This document shows, piece after piece, positions 56,196 through 63,799 of a stretch of DNA of 64,000 nucleotides. The DNA comes from an uncultured virus (IMG/VR IMGVR_UViG_3300027793_000087) (Duplodnaviria; Heunggongvirae; Uroviricota; Caudoviricetes), in IMG/VR virus record IMGVR_UViG_3300027793_000087, one strand, 5' to 3'. A model generated the notes under the pieces. The model made no database searches. It was not told where the DNA came from and saw only the letters and a program-made list of their open reading frames with translations. Made by a program: the position numbers and the translations under genes. Position 1 is the stretch's first letter; every line of letters starts with the position of its first letter.

Positions 56196-57325
56196 TTGAA
56201 GTCCTCCTGTGCGGTGTTGTCTTCCTTGACAAGCTTTGGGGCTCCCTCGGGCTTTACGATAAACGCGGAGAGCAGGTCTGCGATGTAGCCCTTCTTGCCA
56301 AGCTTCTCAAGCTTGGCGACAGACTTCAGTGTCGCAGGCTCTGTAATGTCCTCTTCTTTAAAACCTTTGTCAAGCAGAACGGTCTTGGCCAGCAGCTCGT
56401 CGGTGATCTTTCGGTGCGTCTTGGTAGGCACCAAGGCGTAGCCTTTCGGCGTCTTGCCTGTATTGATCGCCCGATCGGTAAAGTAAGCCTCCAGGTCTGC
56501 CACGTAGGACCGCAGGCTTGCGGCTCTGGAAAACACAAGCTCCAACTCGTCGTCGCTTAACAGAGCAGGCTCGCGGAACTCCAGCTTGGCCACCTCGTTG
56601 ATGTAGTCTGACCTGGCGCGACAGGTGTGCTTCGCGCGGCAGAATTGGCAGTGATCGCCGGCGATAAACTCCCCGGTGCCTGACCAGGCGCGCTTTGCTT
56701 TTTGTTTTACAAAGGTGTTGGCCCAGTCGAGCAGTCGGGCCAGAGATGTACCGTCGGTCGTTATGCTGTCGAGCCGCGGCTGGACAATCGTGTACTCGAC
56801 CTCTTTGATGTCCGGGAACTCGTCTTTGAACTTGCTCCAGGCGCCGAGCGCGTAGAGCCTGAGCTGCGAGTTGTCTTTCGCCGAGACGGGGATGCCTTTT
56901 CCAAACTTGAGGTCGATGACTCTGACCTTGTGCTGTGAAAGTATGACGACATCAGCAGTACCAAATCCGTCAGGAGCCCAGTCAGAATAATCCACGCGCT
57001 GCTCAAATAGCGGAGTGTCAGCCTCACCAATCTGGCTGCGGACGTATAGAACATAGTTGTCAACATATTCCTCGAACTCCTGGTTGTAGTATGGCGTGGC
57101 CTTGATGATCTCGTACTCGCGCTGAAACTCCTCATACCCAATTTGGGCGTAATGATGCCTAAGCTTGATCTCTGCCAGGGTGTGGGCCATGGTGCCCTCC
57201 TGGCTGTAGTCAAAGCTTCCTGCGGACTTCTTTAGCTCTGGGAGTGTCGCCTCGAGGCGAGCGCTGGGCGTGCAGAGCAGCCAGCGGTGGGACGACGATG
57301 CGGAAAGGACGGCGTGGGCGGTCAT
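56192..57325 (-). CDS. Cas4-like PD-(D/E)XK nuclease (DUF2800)
   Basis: HAVLSASSSHRW, FGTAD, IDLKFG, QLRLYALG, CQFC. Confidence 0.88.
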   Translation of the reverse strand: MTAHAVLSASSSHRWLLCTPSARLEATLPELKKSAGSFDYSQEGTMAHTLAEIKLRHHYAQIGYEEFQREYEIIKATPYYNQEFEEYVDNYVLYVRSQIGEADTPLFEQRVDYSDWAPDGFGTADVVILSQHKVRVIDLKFGKGIPVSAKDNSQLRLYALGAWSKFKDEFPDIKEVEYTIVQPRLDSITTDGTSLARLLDWANTFVKQKAKRAWSGTGEFIAGDHCQFCRAKHTCRARSDYINEVAKLEFREPALLSDDELELVFSRAASLRSYVADLEAYFTDRAINTGKTPKGYALVPTKTHRKITDELLAKTVLLDKGFKEEDITEPATLKSVAKLEKLGKKGYIADLLSAFIVKPEGAPKLVKEDNTAQEDFK

Positions 57326-57368
57326 GTCGGTTTGCCTTGTTAGCGGTTTGTGGTAATACCACTAATGC

Positions 57369-57396
57369 AAAAAGGCACCGCCGCGGGTGCCTTTTT
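57369..57396. terminator. Bidirectional terminator
   Basis: AAAAAGGCACC-GCCGCG-GGTGCCTTTTT. Confidence 0.8.
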
Positions 57397-57427
57397 CCGA
57401 CTAAAACGGTTGGTCTTTTTTGGTGCG

Positions 57428-57817
57428 CTACTCTTTGGCGGCCTTGAGCTGCTTGATCAGGTCGTTGACGGCGCCGGAGAAATCTACCACGACGTCGGCC
57501 TTGAGCTCGACTTTGTTCTCACGCGTCTCCCTGTAATCGGATTGGAATTGACCGCGGAGTGCGATCTCCGCCAGCCGTGAGTTGTAGGCCTTGTTGCCGA
57601 CGTTTGCCAGCAGCTCGCGCTCCCAATGCGCCTGGCTGTGTACGATGGCCAGCTCGAGGGCGTCGGCGAAGTCTGGGTACTTTTTCTTCCAGTCCTCGGC
57701 CACGCCCTTGGTGATGCCGATCGCGGAGAACATCATCTTCTGCGATGCACCCGTCTTGCCCATCTCGATTAGTGTATCGCACATCTCGGGCTTGAATGTG
57801 TACTTTCGTTTTGACAT
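57428..57817 (-). CDS. Putative terminase small subunit
   Basis: HTH-like, WKKKYPDFADAL...SQAHWE. Confidence 0.65.
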   Translation of the reverse strand: MSKRKYTFKPEMCDTLIEMGKTGASQKMMFSAIGITKGVAEDWKKKYPDFADALELAIVHSQAHWERELLANVGNKAYNSRLAEIALRGQFQSDYRETRENKVELKADVVVDFSGAVNDLIKQLKAAKE

Positions 57818-58005
57818 TACTTTTTGGCCGTCTTGGCCGACTCCCTGAATGCCTTCGCGGTGGGCGCTCCCTCCGATCCGGGCTTACGCATTTTTTCTCC
57901 TGACCCTCTTTCTATCCGCTCTCGTTTGGCGTGGATGTTGGCGTACAGGCCGGGCTTTGCGGACCCGCCGGCTGCCATCTTGGGTAGTGTTTTAAAGTCG
58001 TCCAT
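57817..58005 (-). CDS. Small basic protein with MAAGG motif
   Basis: KPGLYANIHAKR...APTAKAF. Confidence 0.7.
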   Translation of the reverse strand: MDDFKTLPKMAAGGSAKPGLYANIHAKRERIERGSGEKMRKPGSEGAPTAKAFRESAKTAKK

Positions 58006-58025
58006 GTGTATCACCTGATGATATC

Positions 58026-58061
58026 GAAATGTCGGCACTTATTGATAACTGCCGACATTTC
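58026..58061. repeat. 12-bp inverted repeat just 3' of the tmRNA-like gene
   Basis: GAAATGTCGGCA-N12-TGCCGACATTTC. Confidence 0.7.
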
Positions 58062-58066
58062 CGTAT

Positions 58067-58146
58067 TGGTGGAGCCGCCGGGATTCGCACCCGGGTCCGC
58101 CGGGTTCGCTTCGGTTTTATCCCGTCGTCGAAACTATTCCGGCCCC
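58067..58146 (-). ncRNA. tmRNA-like RNA, tRNA-like domain only (80 nt)
   Basis: GGGGCCG...UUCGAC...GGAC CCGGG UGCGAAU CCCGG CGGCUCC ACCA; G3:U70, A73, CCA. Confidence 0.8.
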
Positions 58147-58147
58147 G

Positions 58148-58279
58148 TTATTTTTTCTTCTCTGCCTTCTTCTCGGCTTTTTTCTCGGCAGGCTTGTCTG
58201 CCTTCTTGTCGGCGGCAAGGGCCAGGGGTGATGCGGTTACGAATGCCGCTGCCAGCAGAGACGCGATAATCTTTTTCAT
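58148..58279 (-). CDS. Small secreted peptide, 43 aa
   Basis: MKKIIASLLAAAFVTASPLALA signal then ADKKADKPAEKKAEKKAEKKK. Confidence 0.7.
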   Translation of the reverse strand: MKKIIASLLAAAFVTASPLALAADKKADKPAEKKAEKKAEKKK

Positions 58280-58388
58280 TGGCTTTCCTTTAGGGTGGTG
58301 GGTGCCGGGGATTCCACCCGGCCTCCTCTTCGTTTTAGAGCCCGCGAGTCCTGGGCTTGATAGGGCGTCTCACGACGTGCCTACCTCT

Positions 58389-58418
58389 ACCTATGCAGAA
58401 ATGATACCGTCGCCGCCC
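58389..58418 (-). promoter_or_regulatory. Putative late promoter
   Basis: GGGCG-N16-TGCATAGGT. Confidence 0.6.
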
Positions 58419-58582
58419 TTGATCTGTTCCTTGGCCTGCTCGGCCTTCTTTCTATCGGCGAGTGCCTGGTTCAGTATGACCTTGGTCATGGCCGCGGCCC
58501 GCTCCTGGCGCTCTGCCTCCTTGGTCGGGTCGGTCATAGGTCGCAGGTACTTGGCCAGCTTGCGTCTCATCTCTCGGTTCAT
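58391..58582 (-). CDS. Hypothetical protein
   Basis: MNREMRR; ATGA coupling. Confidence 0.6.
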   Translation of the reverse strand: MNREMRRKLAKYLRPMTDPTKEAERQERAAAMTKVILNQALADRKKAEQAKEQIKGGDGIISA

Positions 58583-58824
58583 ATCTTCTTCTCCCTAACC
58601 ATTTTCTCGTAAATGTCCCACAGCTTCTGGCATCTCAGGTTGTGGATCTCCTGCAGGCCCAGGAGCAGGTTTGCCACCTGGTCCTCGCTCAGCTTATCCA
58701 TGCCGTCGTAGTACTGCTCCCAGATCAGCTTGATGTCCTCGCTGGTCGTCCAGGCGGACATGATGGCCTGCTCCAGGTCAAACCTGTCTAGGCTGCTTTT
58801 TAGGCTTTCTGTTTCCTGCTGCAT
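58579..58824 (-). CDS. Hypothetical protein
   Basis: DRFDLEQAIM; GGAGG RBS. Confidence 0.65.
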   Translation of the reverse strand: MQQETESLKSSLDRFDLEQAIMSAWTTSEDIKLIWEQYYDGMDKLSEDQVANLLLGLQEIHNLRCQKLWDIYEKMVREKKI

Positions 58825-59041
58825 TTTCTTCCTCCTTGATTGCGTCAAACAGCTCGTTGAAATTGGAGCGCAGCCTGGCGCTCAGATCTGCCAGCTGGTC
58901 CGATATGTTGTGCAGGGCGTACTCAACGTCTCGCCTGTTTGCCTCCTCGGCACCGTACGAGACGACCCTTACCGTGCTCTCCAGTACGTCGAGCCGGATG
59001 CTGACGTTCTCGATGTCTGTCAAAAGTTTAAAGTGTTTCAT
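58778..59041 (-). CDS. Hypothetical coiled-coil protein
   Basis: ATGA coupling. Confidence 0.6.
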   Translation of the reverse strand: MKHFKLLTDIENVSIRLDVLESTVRVVSYGAEEANRRDVEYALHNISDQLADLSARLRSNFNELFDAIKEEENAAGNRKPKKQPRQV

Positions 59042-59346
59042 ACCCCAAGCTCCTTCTGTATCAGCTCCACGCCGCGCTTGAAATGATACCGCCAGTATTT
59101 CTCGGTCACCTTCAAGTCCGCGGCGCTGTTGCCCATTAAAAATGCCTCCATGACCTCCCTCTGCTTCTGCGGCATTTTGTCCTGGATCACGCGACGTATG
59201 TCGATCATGTCGTCGTGCGTCCAGGGCAGCCAGCCGTCCGTCATCGAGCCAGAGATGCCCTCGATGTCCTCCTGCTCCATAAGGTCCGGCTCCTCGTCGG
59301 ACAGGCGCGGAGCGGCGCAGTTAATTTTATATTTTGTAATGTTCAT
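59038..59346 (-). CDS. Sigma region-4-like HTH protein
   Basis: IRRVIQDKMPQKQREVMEAFLMGNS...HFKRGVELIQKEL. Confidence 0.55.
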   Translation of the reverse strand: MNITKYKINCAAPRLSDEEPDLMEQEDIEGISGSMTDGWLPWTHDDMIDIRRVIQDKMPQKQREVMEAFLMGNSAADLKVTEKYWRYHFKRGVELIQKELGV

Positions 59347-60674
59347 GCCTTCAGTGCTTCCAGTACCGCCTCCTGCGCGTCAATTTTCCCGTCCAGGACG
59401 CGTATCACCTGCTCGTCGATCGTCTTCGCCGCAAGCAGGTGGTGAATGATTACCGGCCTCGTCTGGCCCTGGCGGTACACGCGAGCGTTTGCCTGGATGT
59501 AATTCTCCGAGCTCCAGGGCAGGTCGTACCAGACCACCTGCGCCAAATCGCCAGCGTTGCACTGTAGGTTCAGACCGATGCCGCCCGATTGCGGATGTGC
59601 GACAAGCATTTTAATTTTTCCGTTTCTCCAGTCCTCCATGTTGTTAGAGTTTAATTCTTGCGCGTCAGGAAACGCGGCCAGTATTTTTGCCAGGGCCGTT
59701 TTGTAGTGATAAAAGACTAGCGTTGGGTGCGGATTCTCCTCAACCAAAGACTCCAAATACTCGAGCTTTGTCTTATGGGCCTCAGCGTCACCATCTTCGG
59801 TGTAAAGGGTGCCACTGGTAAATTGTAAAAGCTTGTTGGCCAGCGCGGCGGCAGATGCCGCAGTAACCTCTTTAAGATCAATCTCACTGACCATCTCCTT
59901 TTTAAGTTGTTTGTACTTCGACATCGCCGAGTCGTCTAGCTCGATGTTGTGGTAGAGCTTTGTCAGCTTCGGCAGCTGCAGGTAGTCCTCGGCGCGCAGG
60001 CTGAAGCAGATGTCGGAGATCTTATCCAGTATCTCTTTGTCCATGCCTGGGCGTACTGCCCACTTGTAAACAACGTGCGTGTGTCGGTTTCGTTCGGCGG
60101 CGTACATGTACCTGTCTCGAAACTTTGTAAGCGTCGTTTCCAATCGCTGTCCGAGGTCCAGTATTCCAATTTGCGACCACAGGTCGCCAAGGCCTTGTGG
60201 CGTTGGTGTGCCCGTGCAGATGATTCGGCGCTTAAACTGTTTTAGCACCTTCTTTATCGCCTTGAATCTCTTCGTGCTGGGGTCCTTGAACCGGCTTGAC
60301 TCGTCGATTACCAAATAATCGAACAGCCCATCTGGCCAGTGTTCCACCAGCCAGGGGACGTTGTCCACGTTGATCACGTAGATGTCTGAGTTGCTGTAGA
60401 GCGCGCTCAAACGCTGCGCGGGTGTTCCCATCACGAGCGCCACTCGGAGGTCTGACAGGTGGCTCCACTTTTGGCACTCCTGGGCCCAGACCGACTCCGC
60501 TACTCGTTTTGGGGCAATCACCAAGGTCCTCCCCAAAGAGCTCTCCTTGATGATGGTGAGCGCCGTCACAGTCTTTCCCAGGCCCGGCTCCAGGAAAAGG
60601 CCAACGTGCGGCAGACTTTTTGCCCGGTGTATCAGGCGGTTTTGGTAGTGGTGCAAGTCTGTCTTTGAAAGCAT
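59343..60674 (-). CDS. SNF2-family helicase
   Basis: PGLGKT, IDESS, TGTP, GIGLNLQ, QANARVYRQGQ. Confidence 0.92.
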   Translation of the reverse strand: MLSKTDLHHYQNRLIHRAKSLPHVGLFLEPGLGKTVTALTIIKESSLGRTLVIAPKRVAESVWAQECQKWSHLSDLRVALVMGTPAQRLSALYSNSDIYVINVDNVPWLVEHWPDGLFDYLVIDESSRFKDPSTKRFKAIKKVLKQFKRRIICTGTPTPQGLGDLWSQIGILDLGQRLETTLTKFRDRYMYAAERNRHTHVVYKWAVRPGMDKEILDKISDICFSLRAEDYLQLPKLTKLYHNIELDDSAMSKYKQLKKEMVSEIDLKEVTAASAAALANKLLQFTSGTLYTEDGDAEAHKTKLEYLESLVEENPHPTLVFYHYKTALAKILAAFPDAQELNSNNMEDWRNGKIKMLVAHPQSGGIGLNLQCNAGDLAQVVWYDLPWSSENYIQANARVYRQGQTRPVIIHHLLAAKTIDEQVIRVLDGKIDAQEAVLEALKA

Positions 60675-61062
60675 TTAAAACCTCTTTTCGTTTGTCGTGC
60701 AGCCAGTCGGCCACGGCGTACAATTCTTTTTCTGTTACGTCTTGTTTTATTTTGTTTGCAATAAAGGATATGAATACAACGTTGCCTTGCACGTAACCAA
60801 GCTCTGGCACGACCCTGTCCAGAGACGGAGAATTTTCTTCAGGTCCGTGGCCTTTGTCTGGGGTTTCCCACATAAACTCGGTACCAAAGATAGGGCACCG
60901 TTCGCCCGCTATCAAATCTAAAAACTCGTAAGTAAGATCAAACGGGATGCCGTTAGTCTTGCAGCGACTTTTTATTTTTGAGAGGCTCGTCCGAAGATAA
61001 CCCTCTCTGGTTTTTCTGTAGCTTCGGTACCAATCACGGTGTTGTTTGTTCGACCAGGCCAT
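60232..61062 (-). CDS. HNH-like endonuclease; 3' extension overlaps helicase out of frame
   Basis: CPIFG...PSLDRVVPELGYVQGNV..IS..ANKIK. Confidence 0.7.
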   Translation of the reverse strand: MAWSNKQHRDWYRSYRKTREGYLRTSLSKIKSRCKTNGIPFDLTYEFLDLIAGERCPIFGTEFMWETPDKGHGPEENSPSLDRVVPELGYVQGNVVFISFIANKIKQDVTEKELYAVADWLHDKRKEVLNAFKDRLAPLPKPPDTPGKKSAARWPFPGAGPGKDCDGAHHHQGELFGEDLGDCPKTSSGVGLGPGVPKVEPPVRPPSGARDGNTRAAFERALQQLRHLRDQRGQRPLAGGTLARWAVRLFGNRRVKPVQGPQHEEIQGDKEGAKTV

Positions 61063-61306
61063 CGACGTCTTCCTTAGATCGCAATACGGTTACCGCAAAG
61101 CCCTGACGCTCTAATTCTCGAAACACGTATTGCTGCCTTTTTGACAGCCTTCCCTTTTCCGTTTTTAGCTCTACCAGAAGTATCTTTTTGTTTAGGAATA
61201 CTATTCTGTCCGGCACTCCCGTCACCGTGCTGATCCACTTTAGGCTCAGTCCCCCCAGCTCCTTCACCCTTTTGTTTAGGTAGCTTTCGACTTGCTTTTC
61301 TAGCAT
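61034..61306 (-). CDS. VRR-NUC nuclease
   Basis: EKQVE, GVPDRIV, VELK..GRLS..Q. Confidence 0.88.
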   Translation of the reverse strand: MLEKQVESYLNKRVKELGGLSLKWISTVTGVPDRIVFLNKKILLVELKTEKGRLSKRQQYVFRELERQGFAVTVLRSKEDVDGLVEQTTP

Positions 61307-61700
61307 TCTTCTCCATCTCCATCCGTATGCCTGTCGTTATCTGCTTTACGATGTGCTCGGTGAGATAGGCGCGAGACTCTTCGCCGATCTCCTCCGCGGG
61401 CTCGCCTATGTGCTCAAAGACGCGGCAGACGCAGTGCGTTGCCTCGTGCGCGATCACGCCGGCCAGGTATGCGGGGTCCTCGTCGACGCACTCCTTCAGG
61501 TCGAATGCCAGGACGATGACCCCCTCCTTGCCGTCGGTAAGATAGTGCGTCTCTGCAATCCCCTCATCAAGAGCGGAGGCCTTCATGGTGATGCCGTGGT
61601 CCTGGAGGATTTTTTGAAACATTTCGTTGGAGAAACATAGCTTGATCTGTGCCGGGAAGTGGCCGCAGTCTACGTGGTAGTAGCCCCAGTTTTTAGGCAT
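61074..61700 (-). CDS. HExxH protein; tail overlaps VRR-NUC out of frame
   Basis: IAHEATH...EESRAY. Confidence 0.65.
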   Translation of the reverse strand: MPKNWGYYHVDCGHFPAQIKLCFSNEMFQKILQDHGITMKASALDEGIAETHYLTDGKEGVIVLAFDLKECVDEDPAYLAGVIAHEATHCVCRVFEHIGEPAEEIGEESRAYLTEHIVKQITTGIRMEMEKNARKASRKLPKQKGEGAGGTEPKVDQHGDGSAGQNSIPKQKDTSGRAKNGKGKAVKKAAIRVSRIRASGLCGNRIAI

Positions 61701-61893
61701 CGGAGATTATCCCGTTAAATTTTTGGTAGTAGCGAGGCTGGATGATCAGTATGCCATCTTCTTTTGTAAACCTTAGGTAGCAGACGCCGTGACTCTCAAC
61801 AATGCCCAAGACATCACTCAGGCACTGATCCGCGGCTTCGGCAGTAGATGACTCCAACAGCTTATCGACCCCTACCATGACTATTTTTGGCAT
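61693..61893 (-). CDS. Hypothetical protein
   Basis: ORF in operon. Confidence 0.55.
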   Translation of the reverse strand: MPKIVMVGVDKLLESSTAEAADQCLSDVLGIVESHGVCYLRFTKEDGILIIQPRYYQKFNGIISDA

Positions 61894-62132
61894 TGTTTTC
61901 TTTCTTCTACGTTTCTCATTATTCGCCTCTTCTCGTCATCGTTGGCGTAATACCAGGCCTCTATCTCGTTCAGCGTACGGAAGCAGCCGTGGCAGATCTT
62001 TTTCTCAAAGTCGATCTCGCACACGCTGACGCATGGCGATGTCGGGCAGCCGAATATCACCTCCCAGTTTTTATCAAACTGCTCCTGGTCCTCGATCGGT
62101 CGCTGCCTGGATCCCTTACCTGCCTCGTGCAT
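61881..62132 (-). CDS. DUF1289-like Cys protein
   Basis: SPCVSVC...CHGCFRTLNEI..W. Confidence 0.75.
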   Translation of the reverse strand: MHEAGKGSRQRPIEDQEQFDKNWEVIFGCPTSPCVSVCEIDFEKKICHGCFRTLNEIEAWYYANDDEKRRIMRNVEERKQCQK

Positions 62133-62231
62133 TTCTGTCCTCCCTGATCCCGATCCAGACGGCCACGGCCATGACCAGGATCATCCAAAGTAAAAACTCG
62201 GCCGGTCCCTCGTAGTAGGCGTGCTTTCCAA

Positions 62232-62426
62232 TCACATCCGCCTCCCGCAGTTAAATGACTGTGTCCCGATCCGAAACGACGAGCTGTACTTGCAGTCGTC
62301 CAGGATCCGGCCCTCGGTCACCAGCATCCCGGCCATCACTCCAATAACTAATGCAAAAATCGGGGCCATGGCCTTTGCCCAGTGCCGTCTTACCCACTTC
62401 TTCAGTGCGGTTATTTCCTCGTGCAT
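62232..62426 (-). CDS. Small membrane protein
   Basis: One TM segment. Confidence 0.55.
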   Translation of the reverse strand: MHEEITALKKWVRRHWAKAMAPIFALVIGVMAGMLVTEGRILDDCKYSSSFRIGTQSFNCGRRM

Positions 62427-62635
62427 CACAGTCTCCCGTTCATGGTATCGGCCTTGATGCACTCGGTGATCCAGACGACCTGCATGTTGGTCGCGTTGGC
62501 CACCCAGTACCTCATCATGCCCTCCTCGTTGTCGATGCTGACAATCAGCAGCGTGTCGTTATCCTTGCAGGCCTTGGTGGCCTCGTCCAGCGCCGACAGC
62601 GCGGTCCACTTTCCTATGCGGTGTATTTCTGCCAT
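62426..62635 (-). CDS. Hypothetical protein
   Basis: AGGAG RBS. Confidence 0.6.
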   Translation of the reverse strand: MAEIHRIGKWTALSALDEATKACKDNDTLLIVSIDNEEGMMRYWVANATNMQVVWITECIKADTMNGRL

Positions 62636-62792
62636 GTTGACTCCTAAAAGGGTGCCGGCCCGAGCTTGTCGAGCTGTTTCTTTTTGTCTTCCTTCTTGGC
62701 GCGCTGGTAGTACTTGACGACCAGCTTGCGCTCCTCGGGCGTTTTAAACGGCCAGTCCCAGCGCTCCTGGGTCATGCCTGATGGGTGCAATT

Positions 62793-63035
62793 TCATTTTT
62801 CTCTCCTTCGCATCATCGCACGAGCAATCCAGTCGGCGACTTGAGCTATTTTGTCTGTTTCGCTTCCGGGAATGGTTTCGTGGTTTCTTACTTCTTTCAT
62901 AGATTCCGGGTTTGCTAATAATCCTTGCAAGGCATGCGCAGCAAAATAGTCGTGTAAGGTTATGCCTTTGTTGATGTAGTTGTACTGTTTGTCTGCATCA
63001 TTAGCGAATGGGAATGCGTATTCAGTGCGTGTCAT
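62793..63035 (-). CDS. Hypothetical protein
   Basis: AFP...GITLHDYFAAHALQGLLA. Confidence 0.7.
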   Translation of the reverse strand: MTRTEYAFPFANDADKQYNYINKGITLHDYFAAHALQGLLANPESMKEVRNHETIPGSETDKIAQVADWIARAMMRRREK

Positions 63036-63243
63036 TGTGTTTCTCCAGTTTAGTGATATACCGATCAAGGTACCAGCGCGCCTTTTTGAGGTCCTCGATC
63101 GGGCAGTGTGATTTGATCCCGGCGCGCGAGATGTACTTTACCACGTTGCCAAGGTGGTACCCAAGACGTTTGGACTCGATAAAATCAATGGTCTCGATCC
63201 CTCCGGACTTGTAATGGGGTGGGTGGTTGATGATGTCGCTCAT
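63022..63243 (-). CDS. DUF3310 (T7 gp1.7/SaV-like) protein
   Basis: INHPPHY..GGIETID...GNVVKY..R...EDLKKARWYL. Confidence 0.85.
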   Translation of the reverse strand: MSDIINHPPHYKSGGIETIDFIESKRLGYHLGNVVKYISRAGIKSHCPIEDLKKARWYLDRYITKLEKHNDTH

Positions 63244-63416
63244 GCCTGCTCCTCAAAGTCGAACCACTCGTAGATCTGTTCCATGACAGCCGATTCGATG
63301 TGGTGCCGCACGTCGTGCTCGGAGGGGTTGTCGTTGTGCTTGTGCGCTCGGTTCCAGCCGATCTCGGTGCCGTCCTCGACGCACATCAGAAGCACGCTCT
63401 CAAACTTTGGTTTCAT
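63240..63416 (-). CDS. Hypothetical protein
   Basis: GWNRAHKH...IYEWFDF. Confidence 0.6.
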   Translation of the reverse strand: MKPKFESVLLMCVEDGTEIGWNRAHKHNDNPSEHDVRHHIESAVMEQIYEWFDFEEQA

Positions 63417-63799
63417 GTTGCCTTCCTTTCGCATATAACCGTTGCCGTTACGTAGTCGTCGCTGTCGGAGATGGTGACGTGGTGCACCCACTCCAGCGAG
63501 CCCATCTGGATCGTTGCCTTGCCAGACAGTGCCAGGTAGGGCGCGCCGTCGTCGTGGTTGAGTACTTCCACCTGTCGAACATCGAGCTGTGGGATCCTGG
63601 AGGCCTTGACGAATGCCTCCTTTGCCGCGAATCTCCTGGCCAGGTAGTTCACGGCCAGTAGCTTGTCATCCACCATCTCCGCGTAGACCTGCAGCTCTCG
63701 GTGCCCGAGTACCTGGTGCGCCAGGGCCCACCCCATCTTCTTGGACATGTCCGCGATTCTTTTTATCTGCAGTATGTCGGTGCCAATGCCGTGTATCAA
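63413..63799 (-). CDS. acpS: Holo-ACP synthase (4'-phosphopantetheinyl transferase)
   Basis: GIGTDI, RFAAKEAFVKA, GAP, VTISD. Confidence 0.93.
   Translation of the reverse strand: MIHGIGTDILQIKRIADMSKKMGWALAHQVLGHRELQVYAEMVDDKLLAVNYLARRFAAKEAFVKASRIPQLDVRQVEVLNHDDGAPYLALSGKATIQMGSLEWVHHVTISDSDDYVTATVICERKAT

Noticed and set aside
56192..57325. Cas4 as evidence of CRISPR-Cas
   Set aside because: DUF2800-type nuclease in the usual SSB/Pol replication module; no other cas genes.
58067..58146. Ordinary tRNA-Ala or integration attP
   Set aside because: No D stem or 7-nt anticodon loop; both tmRNA ends are present and paired; no integrase seen.
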